From NCBI GenBank assembly GCA_025965085.1, contig JAOPXP010000093.1:414-64413 (forward strand): a stretch of DNA of 64,000 nt, written 5' to 3'. The notes under the pieces are model-generated. The model was not told the origin of the DNA, ran no database searches, and saw nothing but the letters and a program-made list of their open reading frames with translations. Origin of the DNA: Marmoricola sp. GTDB taxonomy: Bacteria > Actinomycetota > Actinomycetes > Propionibacteriales > Nocardioidaceae. The position numbers and the translations under genes are program-made. Positions 56,899-64,000 of this stretch are shown in pieces (the first letter of the stretch is position 1; the number at the start of each line of letters is the position of its first letter).

Positions 56899-57869
56899 GC
56901 ACACCATTCCGCGAACGCAACCCCGTCCCGATCGGGGCCATCAGCATCGCCACCATCCTGATCCTGCTGGTGATGGCCTTCAAGGCGGCGGACCTGCCCC
57001 TCATCGGGGGTGGCGACACCTACCACGCCGCCTTTGCCGAGTCGGGCGGGCTCAAGCTCAACGACGAGGTCCGGATCGCCGGTGTCCGCGTCGGCAAGGT
57101 GACCGGCGTCGGCCTCAAGGACGGCAGGGTGGACGTGGCCTTCAAGGTCGACACGCCCTCCAGGTTCGGGACCGAGACCGTGGCCGCGATCAAGGTGAAG
57201 ACGCTGCTGGGCGCGATGTTCATCTCCCTGGAGCCGGCAGGGCCCGGGCAGCTCAAGGAGGGCTCGACGATCCCGGTGTCCCGGACCAGGTCGCCGTACA
57301 ACGTCGTGCAGGCCTTCTCCGGCCTCGCCGACCGCGCCGAGAGAATCGACACCGATCGTCTGGCGAAGTCCATCGACACGCTGGCCGAGCTGACCAAGGA
57401 CACCCCGGCGGCCTTCCAGAGCACGCTGCGCGGACTGTCCCGGCTCTCCGAGACCGTCGCCAGCCGCAACGAGCAGATCGGGCAGCTTCTGGGGAACCTC
57501 GACACGGTCTCCGGCACCCTGGCCGCCCGCGACCAGGACATCGTCGCGCTCATGAGGGACAGCGACGTCTTGATGCGTGCCCTCGTGGCCCGACGTGACG
57601 CCGTCCACCAGCTCCTGGTCTCCACCAGTCGGCTGTCCACCGAGCTCACCCTGCTCGTCCAGCAGACTCGGGCCGACCTCAAGCCGGCGCTGAGCAACCT
57701 CCAAGGCGTGGTCAACCTGTTGCTGAAGAACCAGTCCAACCTCGACGAGAGCCTGCGCCTGATGGCTCCCTTCTACCGGGTCTTCGCCAACACGCTCGGT
57801 TCCGGGCCGTGGTTCGACACCTGGATCCAGAACCTGCCGCCTGCCCCCGACCTGAACGTGGGTGGATGA
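56895..57869 (+). CDS. MCE family protein (MceC position)
   Basis: Start MSTPFRERNP at an ATGA overlap; 'EVRIAGVRVG', 'KTLLG', 'GPWFD'. Confidence 0.92.
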   Translation: MSTPFRERNPVPIGAISIATILILLVMAFKAADLPLIGGGDTYHAAFAESGGLKLNDEVRIAGVRVGKVTGVGLKDGRVDVAFKVDTPSRFGTETVAAIKVKTLLGAMFISLEPAGPGQLKEGSTIPVSRTRSPYNVVQAFSGLADRAERIDTDRLAKSIDTLAELTKDTPAAFQSTLRGLSRLSETVASRNEQIGQLLGNLDTVSGTLAARDQDIVALMRDSDVLMRALVARRDAVHQLLVSTSRLSTELTLLVQQTRADLKPALSNLQGVVNLLLKNQSNLDESLRLMAPFYRVFANTLGSGPWFDTWIQNLPPAPDLNVGG

Positions 57870-59047
57870 TGAAGGCCCTCGGCAAGATCAACCCGATGCT
57901 GGCGATCCTGGTCGCGCTGGCGCTGCTGCTGGCACTGCTCGTCACGTTCTGGCCCGGCTCGGAGAAGAAGTACGTCACCGCCGACTTCCCGCGCACCGTG
58001 TCCCTGTACGAGGGATCGGACGTGAAGATCCTCGGCGTGGCCGTGGGCAAGGTCGAGAGCGTGGTCCCGTCCGGCACGAAGGTCAAGGTCAAGCTCTCCT
58101 ACGACGCGCAGTACAAGGTCCCCGCGAACGCCAAGGCAGCCGTCATCTCGCCCTCGATCGTGGGGGACCGGTTCGTGCAGCTGACCCCCGCGTACACCAA
58201 GGGCGACGAGCTCCCCGACAACGCCAGGCTGGGCGTCGACCGCACAGCGACTCCGCTCGAGCTCGACGAGATCTTCGGCAGCCTCAACGACCTCAACATC
58301 GCCCTGGGCCCCGACGGCGCCAACAAGGCCGACGCCGGCGGCGTCGGACCTCTGACCCGCCTGCTCGACTCGACTGCCCGCAACTTCGGCGGTCAGGGAG
58401 TCCAGTTCAACAAGACGTTGAAGAACCTGGGGGCCTTCACCAAGACGCTCGCCGACAACAAGGACGAGTTCTTCGGCACGCTGGCCCAGGTCGAGGAGTT
58501 CACCAGGACGCTGTCGAAGAACGACGGCACGGTCCGCAAGTTCAACGACTCGCTCGCGGGGGGCGCCGACCTCCTGGCCGGCGAACGCGAGGAGCTCGCA
58601 GCCGTGCTGAAGAACCTGAGCGTCGCCATGGTGCAGGTGCGCAGCTTCGTGAAGGAGAACCGCTCCACGCTGACCACCAACATCTCCGGTCTCAACCAGA
58701 TCTCCAAGACCCTGGTCAAGCGCCGCGCGGCGCTCGACGAGACGCTCAAGGTCGCGCCCGCGGCACTGAACAACCTGTTCCTGGCCGGCAACGTCCGCAG
58801 CGGCACCCTGGACACCCGCGACAACGCGGGACAGCTCTTCACCCAGCTCGAGCAGAGTCCCGCCGCGGTCCTGTGCTCCTTCATCAAGCAGGCACCGGGC
58901 GGCAACCAGGGGTGCGACGTCATCAAGGGCGCCCTCGGCGACAACCCGCTCGGCCGAGCCCAGCCCTTCGCGGGGGACACCTCCAAGCCACGCGTGACCG
59001 AGCCGATCGACCGCTCCCTGGGCGGCCTGCTGGAGGTGACCCGATGA
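57866..59047 (+). CDS. MCE family protein (MceD position)
   Basis: 'LYEGSDVKILGVAVG', 'SIVGDRFVQLTP'. Confidence 0.92.
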   Translation: MMKALGKINPMLAILVALALLLALLVTFWPGSEKKYVTADFPRTVSLYEGSDVKILGVAVGKVESVVPSGTKVKVKLSYDAQYKVPANAKAAVISPSIVGDRFVQLTPAYTKGDELPDNARLGVDRTATPLELDEIFGSLNDLNIALGPDGANKADAGGVGPLTRLLDSTARNFGGQGVQFNKTLKNLGAFTKTLADNKDEFFGTLAQVEEFTRTLSKNDGTVRKFNDSLAGGADLLAGEREELAAVLKNLSVAMVQVRSFVKENRSTLTTNISGLNQISKTLVKRRAALDETLKVAPAALNNLFLAGNVRSGTLDTRDNAGQLFTQLEQSPAAVLCSFIKQAPGGNQGCDVIKGALGDNPLGRAQPFAGDTSKPRVTEPIDRSLGGLLEVTR

Positions 59048-60582
59048 CGCGCTCTCCGACGGTCGCCCGTCCCCACGCCGGGCGGCGTGCTGCTGTCCTG
59101 CTCTCGGCGCTCGTGTCCGCCCTGCTCGTGGTCTCGGGCTGCTCGGTCTACGACGCACCCCTCCCGGGTGGTCCCTCGACCGGCGACAACCCGATGACGA
59201 TCAAGGTGATGTTCCGTGACGTCCTCGACCTCGTGCCCCAGTCGACGGTCAAGGTCAACGACGTCACGGTCGGCAAGGTCAAGAAGGTCGACCTCAAGGG
59301 GTACGTCGCCCAGGTGACCGTGGAGGTCCCCGGCGACATCGACCTTCCCGACAACGCCCGGGCCCAGATCCGCCAGACCAGCCTCCTGGGCGAGAAGTTC
59401 GTCCAGCTGGAGCCGCCGTCCCAGCCCGGGACGGGCAGGCTTTCGAACGGCGACACCATCGGTCTCGACCGGACGGGGCGCAACCCCGAGGTCGAAGAGG
59501 TCTTCGGTGCGCTCTCCCTCCTGCTCAACGGAGGCGGTGTCGGTCAGCTCAAGACCATCGTCTCGGAGCTCAACAACACCTTCGACGGGCGGGAGTCCGA
59601 GATCCGTTCGGTGCTCGACCAGATCCGCAGCTTCATGGGGCAGCTCGACCGGAACAAGGAGTCGATCGTCGCTGCGCTGGAGAACACCAACCGGCTCGCC
59701 TCGGAGCTGAAGAAGCAGGACACCACCATCAAGAGCGCCCTGGACAACGTCCCGGCCACGCTGCAGTCCGTGAACCGCCAGCGCGACGACCTGGTCAAGA
59801 TGCTCCAGGCGCTGAACCGGCTCAGCGGCGTCGGCGTACGCGTCATCCAGGCGTCGAAGGAGTCGACGATCAACAGCCTGCGCTCGCTGGCGCCGGTGCT
59901 GGACGGCTTCGCCAAGGCGGGGGAGAACATGCCCAAGTCGTTCCAGGTGTTCCTGACCTACCCGTTCGTGGACGAGGCGATCGGGCGTGACCCCCAGGTG
60001 GCCCGCAACCTGCACATGGGTGACTTCACCAACCTCTCGGTCAACCTCGACGTCGACGTGCTCCAGCTCCCGTCGCCCAGCCTTCCTGGACTCCCTGGTC
60101 CGGTGTGTGACGCGGTCAGCGTCGTCACCGATCGTGCCAACGCTGCGGCCGGTCAGATCGTCGACGCTGCGCCGCTGCCCAACCCGCCCTACACGTCCGC
60201 GCTGAAGAACGCCATCAGGCAGGAGATCGCGTCCCGATTGGTGAACGAGTTCAAGGCCCAGTGCAAGGCGCCCAGCGTGGCGAGCCTCATCACGGCCGGC
60301 ACCGACATCCTCGGCACCGTTCTCCGACTCCCGAGGTTCTCCGGTCTGCTCGAGCAGCTGCCGGGCGGTGTCGGTGACGTGATCGACGGAGTGACCGAGG
60401 GCCTCGGGGGCGTCGTCGGGGGCGTCACCGGTGGCGCTGGTGCCGGCGCGGGGCTGCTCCCGCGCGCCGAGCCCGGCAAGGCCTTCCAGGCCCCCGAGCC
60501 GTTGGACCCCTTCGACCTGGCCGCCCGTGGACTCGACCCGGGCATCGGCACGATGCTCTTCCAGGGGGTGGCAGTCGGATGA
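59044..60582 (+). CDS. MCE family lipoprotein (MceE/LprK position)
   Basis: Lipobox 'VSGC'; 'VKVNDVTVG', 'QTSLLGEKFV', 'LTYPF'. Confidence 0.92.
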   Translation: MTRSPTVARPHAGRRAAVLLSALVSALLVVSGCSVYDAPLPGGPSTGDNPMTIKVMFRDVLDLVPQSTVKVNDVTVGKVKKVDLKGYVAQVTVEVPGDIDLPDNARAQIRQTSLLGEKFVQLEPPSQPGTGRLSNGDTIGLDRTGRNPEVEEVFGALSLLLNGGGVGQLKTIVSELNNTFDGRESEIRSVLDQIRSFMGQLDRNKESIVAALENTNRLASELKKQDTTIKSALDNVPATLQSVNRQRDDLVKMLQALNRLSGVGVRVIQASKESTINSLRSLAPVLDGFAKAGENMPKSFQVFLTYPFVDEAIGRDPQVARNLHMGDFTNLSVNLDVDVLQLPSPSLPGLPGPVCDAVSVVTDRANAAAGQIVDAAPLPNPPYTSALKNAIRQEIASRLVNEFKAQCKAPSVASLITAGTDILGTVLRLPRFSGLLEQLPGGVGDVIDGVTEGLGGVVGGVTGGAGAGAGLLPRAEPGKAFQAPEPLDPFDLAARGLDPGIGTMLFQGVAVG

Positions 60583-61865
60583 TCACCGCACGCACGAAGA
60601 AGCAGCTGATCGCGTTCGTGATCCTGACGCTGCTCGGAGTCACGTTCGTGGGCGCCCGCTACGCGCGCCTGGACCGGCTGTTCTACGACTCGGCGTACAC
60701 CGTGAACGCGCACTTCGACCAATCCGGCGGGATCTTCACCGGGGCCGAGGTCACCTACCGCGGGGTGAAGATCGGGTCGGTCCAGGACATGAAGCTGACC
60801 GACAAGGGAGTCGACGTCCTGCTCTCCATCGACAAGAGCAGCGAGAAGATCCCGAAGGACACCGTCGCCCTGGTCGGCAACAAGTCGGCCGTTGGTGAGC
60901 AGTACGTCGAGCTCCAGCCGAAGACCGACTCGGCGCCCTACCTCAAGGACGGGTCGCAGATCGCCACCCCCGACACGCGGGTGCCGGTGTCGACGACGGA
61001 GATCCTCACCAACCTCAGCAACCTGGTGGAGTCGGTGCCGCAGGCCGACCTGCGCACCGTGGTCGCGGAGTACGGCGCGGCGTTCAAGGACGCCGGCCCG
61101 AGCATCGGACAGATCATCGACACCTCGAGCTCGTTCATCGACACGGCCAACGCCAACTTCGACACCACCACGGCGCTCATCCGCGACTCGCGGGTGGTGC
61201 TCCAGACCCAGGTCGACAAGGGCTCGGCCATCCGCGCCTTCACCCGTGACCTGGCGCTCTTCAGCGGCACCGTGGCCGACAATGACAAGTACCTCCGCTC
61301 GCTGATCGAGAACGGCTCCGCGACCGCCAACGAGCTCCGCACGTTCCTGGAGCAGAACCGCGTCAACCTCGGGTCCCTGATCAACAACCTGGTGACCAAC
61401 AACGAGGTCGTGGTCAAGCACCTCAAGGGCATCCGGCAGCTCCTGGTCATCTACCCCTACGTGGTGGCGGGTGGCTTCACCGTGGCGAAGAAGAACGCCG
61501 ACGGCCAGTACGACGCCCAGTTCGGCCTCATCCTGCAGCAGGACGGCCCGGTCTGCGAGGCCGGTTACGACCCGCGCGAACGGCGGGACCCGCAGGACAC
61601 CAAGGACCTGCCCATGGACGCCGATGCCGGTTGTACCGACGGCGGCAAGAACTTCCGCGGGGCGGAGAAGGGGCCCTCGGGGCGCGCCGGCACTGCCTAC
61701 CGGTCACCGGTGGCCACGTACGATGCCAGGACCGGCACGACGACCTGGGCCGACCAGGACACCAGCGCAAAGATCGCCTACGACGGCGGTGCCGCCCAGC
61801 TCTTCGGTGACGACTCCTGGAAATGGACGTTGCTCCAGCCGTCGCTGGCAGACAAGCAGGAGTAG
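60579..61865 (+). CDS. MCE family protein (MceF position)
   Basis: 'SGGIFTGAEVTYRGV', 'SAVGEQYVELQP', 'LLVIYP'. Confidence 0.92.
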   Translation: MITARTKKQLIAFVILTLLGVTFVGARYARLDRLFYDSAYTVNAHFDQSGGIFTGAEVTYRGVKIGSVQDMKLTDKGVDVLLSIDKSSEKIPKDTVALVGNKSAVGEQYVELQPKTDSAPYLKDGSQIATPDTRVPVSTTEILTNLSNLVESVPQADLRTVVAEYGAAFKDAGPSIGQIIDTSSSFIDTANANFDTTTALIRDSRVVLQTQVDKGSAIRAFTRDLALFSGTVADNDKYLRSLIENGSATANELRTFLEQNRVNLGSLINNLVTNNEVVVKHLKGIRQLLVIYPYVVAGGFTVAKKNADGQYDAQFGLILQQDGPVCEAGYDPRERRDPQDTKDLPMDADAGCTDGGKNFRGAEKGPSGRAGTAYRSPVATYDARTGTTTWADQDTSAKIAYDGGAAQLFGDDSWKWTLLQPSLADKQE

Positions 61866-61868
61866 TTC

Positions 61869-62414
61869 TTGACTCAGGTAGACGGCGCCGGGGTCGAGCA
61901 CCTCGGCGCACAGGAGCGTGTCGGGCTGCGCGTGCCCGCCCGGACACTGCGAGGCCTCAGCGCCGTGCTGGCGGTGCTGCTGGTCCTGGCGCTCGCGTTC
62001 GTGTCGTGGGGCTGGGTCCAGACCCGGGAGAACCAGACCGCGGAGCGGGAGCGTGCCGCCGCGTCCGCCGTCGCCTCCCAGTTCGCGCTCCGCATGGACG
62101 ACGTCGACGGGACCGACTTCGACACCTACATCAAGGGCGTGAACGAGCTGCTCACGACCAAGGCGAAGACCAAGAACCAGCAGACCTTCGACGTCGTGAA
62201 GCAGAGCTACGAGACCGCGAAGGTCAAGGGCTCGGGCAAGGTGCTTCTCACGGCGGTGGGCGACTCCGACAGCGACTCGGCCACCGTGCTGGTCGTCCAC
62301 GACGCCGACGTGACCACCACCCAGGGCAGCATCGAGCATCACTACCGCTGGTCGGTGGACGTGGTGAAGGTGAACGGGACCTGGCTCGTCGACGACTTCA
62401 ACCCGGTGAACTGA
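61869..62414 (+). CDS. Mce-associated membrane protein (Mam/Mas)
   Basis: One N-terminal TM; 'ATVLVVHD...RWSVDVVKVNGTWLVDDF' Mam-type C-terminus; start codon uncertain. Confidence 0.82.
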   Translation: MTQVDGAGVEHLGAQERVGLRVPARTLRGLSAVLAVLLVLALAFVSWGWVQTRENQTAERERAAASAVASQFALRMDDVDGTDFDTYIKGVNELLTTKAKTKNQQTFDVVKQSYETAKVKGSGKVLLTAVGDSDSDSATVLVVHDADVTTTQGSIEHHYRWSVDVVKVNGTWLVDDFNPVN

Positions 62415-62415
62415 C

Positions 62416-63297
62416 ATGACGACCTCTCCGACCTGGTACGACGTCCTCGGCGTCTCCCGCGATGCCACCCCCGAGGAGATCAAGGCGGCGTGGCGCGCCT
62501 CCACCGACCGGTTCGAGCCGGGATCGGGCTCGGGGCAGTTCCGGATGTTCAACGAGGCGGCCGACGTGCTGCTCGACCCGGACCGCCGGGCGGCGTACGA
62601 CGTGTCGCTGGCCGATGACGCGAGGACCGCGCCGACGGTGAGCCTGAGCGAGGGCCACCGCCCGGCAGGGGAGGAGGCACCGCCGCCCGCGCCCGTGTTC
62701 GCCGGAGCAGAGGACGTGGAGCGGCCCGGACGACGCGTTCCGCGCCGCCGCAGCCGGTCGGCGGGGCCGCAGGCCACGGTGGACATCCGCAGGGCCGCCT
62801 CGCGCCGTGCCGTGCTCCTGACCTCGCTGCTGGCCGTGCTGACGGTCGCCGCGCTGGTGGCTGCGGCGTTCCTGGGCCTGAAGGTGCGGACGGACGCGCG
62901 CGTCGCGGCTGCCCGCGACGAGGCGCCGGCGGCGGCGGAACGGGCGGCGAAGGCCATCCTCTCCTACGACTACCGGACGCTGCCCGCCGACCGGAGTCGC
63001 GCCTCGGCATACCTCACCCCTGCATTCCGGACGAAGTACCTCAAGAACTTCACCCTGCTCGAGAAGCAGAAGGACGGCACGCCCGGCGCCGCGATCCAGA
63101 CCAAGACGGCCGTCACCTCCTCGGTGCTCGGGTCGGGCGTGATGGACGCCGAGGACGGGGTGGCCAGGGTGCTGGTCTACGTCAACCAGGTCTCCACCCG
63201 GCCCGGCAAGGACCCGCAGATCTTCCAGAACCGGGTGGCGATGACCATGGAGAAGGATGGAAATCGTTGGCTCGTTGCCGACCTGAAGAGCTACTGA
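62416..63297 (+). CDS. J-like domain fused to an Mce-associated membrane (Mam) domain
   Basis: aa 6-62 'WYDVLGVSRDATPEEIKAAWR...FNEAADVLLDPDRRAAYD'; TM at aa ~132-155; C-terminal 'LSYDYRT...ARVLVYVNQ...MEKDGNRWLV'. Confidence 0.85.
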   Translation: MTTSPTWYDVLGVSRDATPEEIKAAWRASTDRFEPGSGSGQFRMFNEAADVLLDPDRRAAYDVSLADDARTAPTVSLSEGHRPAGEEAPPPAPVFAGAEDVERPGRRVPRRRSRSAGPQATVDIRRAASRRAVLLTSLLAVLTVAALVAAAFLGLKVRTDARVAAARDEAPAAAERAAKAILSYDYRTLPADRSRASAYLTPAFRTKYLKNFTLLEKQKDGTPGAAIQTKTAVTSSVLGSGVMDAEDGVARVLVYVNQVSTRPGKDPQIFQNRVAMTMEKDGNRWLVADLKSY

Positions 63298-63352
63298 GGG
63301 GGTAGCCTGTCGCGTCAGAGGCGCCAGGCCACCCGAGAGTTATGACCCCGGG

Positions 63353-63381
63353 TTGTTCTGGCTTGGGCTGTGTTGTAACCT
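63353..63381 (+). promoter_or_regulatory. Housekeeping-sigma promoter of rpoB
   Basis: TTGTTC-N17-TAACCT, followed by a ~95-nt leader and GGAAGGA RBS. Confidence 0.6.
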
Positions 63382-63480
63382 GAATCTTTGCGCCCTCCCT
63401 CAAATACTTCCTGCCTGCCCGGTGGCCTGGTTTGTGGTGGGACGGCGCCGTCACACATGTGAGCCTCGGAAGGACCACTC

Positions 63481-64000
63481 TTGGCCGCCTCGCGCCGCAA
63501 GAACAGCAACATCAACAGTCCCCGCCGCATCTCCTTCGCCAAGATCGCCGAACCTCTCGAGGTTCCGCAGCTGCTTGCCCTCCAGACGGAGAGCTTCGAC
63601 TGGCTGATCGGCAACGAGAAGTGGGAGCAGAAGGTCGCCGAGCGCCGCAGCGCCGGCGAGGAGCTCTCGCAGAAGTCGGGACTCCACGAGATCTTCGAGG
63701 AGATCTCCCCGATCGAGGACTTCTCCGAGACGATGTCGCTCTCGTTCGAGAACCCCGTCTTCCTCGACCCGAAGTACACCGAGGAGGAGTGCAAGGAGAA
63801 GGACTTCACCTACTCCCGTCCCCTCTACGTCTCGGCTGAGTTCACCAACGGTGAGACCGGCGAGATCAAGGGCCAGACGGTCTTCATGGGTGACTTCCCG
63901 ATGATGACCCGCAAGGGCACCTTCATCATCAACGGCACCGAGCGTGTCGTGGTCTCCCAGCTCGTCCGCTCGCCCGGTGTCTACTTCGAGCGCTCGGCCG
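63481..64000 (+). CDS. rpoB: RNA polymerase beta subunit, 5' part (runs off the window end)
   Basis: TTG start; 'RISFAKI.EPLEVP.LLALQ', '[33 protein letters not shown]'. Confidence 0.98.
   Translation, partial: MAASRRKNSNINSPRRISFAKIAEPLEVPQLLALQTESFDWLIGNEKWEQKVAERRSAGEELSQKSGLHEIFEEISPIEDFSETMSLSFENPVFLDPKYTEEECKEKDFTYSRPLYVSAEFTNGETGEIKGQTVFMGDFPMMTRKGTFIINGTERVVVSQLVRSPGVYFERSA

Noticed and set aside
62416-62605. Annotating the last mce-operon gene as a canonical DnaJ/CbpA chaperone
   Set aside because: No HPD, no G/F or zinc-finger region; most of the protein is a Mam domain

Overview
High-GC actinomycete chromosome segment; gene content and order suggest a Nocardioides/Marmoricola-like organism (inference). 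The left ~41 kb is catabolic and accessory: an acyl-CoA dehydrogenase/phosphotransferase/SDR module, a GGQ-less bacterial eRF1-like (baeRF) protein, a large inositol catabolism region (LacI module, IolR-like GntR, ABC importer, iolA-E-G-H-C-aldolase-B-D plus an extra dehydrogenase), a choline-kinase-like/GcvT-flavoprotein pair, gabD, a divergent P450/TetR and MpaB-like oxygenase unit, a GT-C glycosyltransferase, a DEAD-box helicase and several single genes. The right ~22 kb is core: tRNA-Thr, tRNA-Met, rpmG, murB, add, tRNA-Trp, secE, nusG, rplKA, rplJL, a complete Mce (mceG-yrbEAB-mceA-F-mam) lipid importer and the start of rpoB. No CRISPR array, integrase, transposase or prophage gene was seen. 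Most notable: an Mce-associated membrane protein fused to a J-domain that lacks HPD; twin L1-binding-like RNA motifs before both rplK and rplA; an Rv3722c-type aminotransferase at the usual aspC position; a DksA-tip-like small coiled-coil protein; and several operators and gene relics readable from the sequence. Family assignments come from motif recognition by eye, not database searches.
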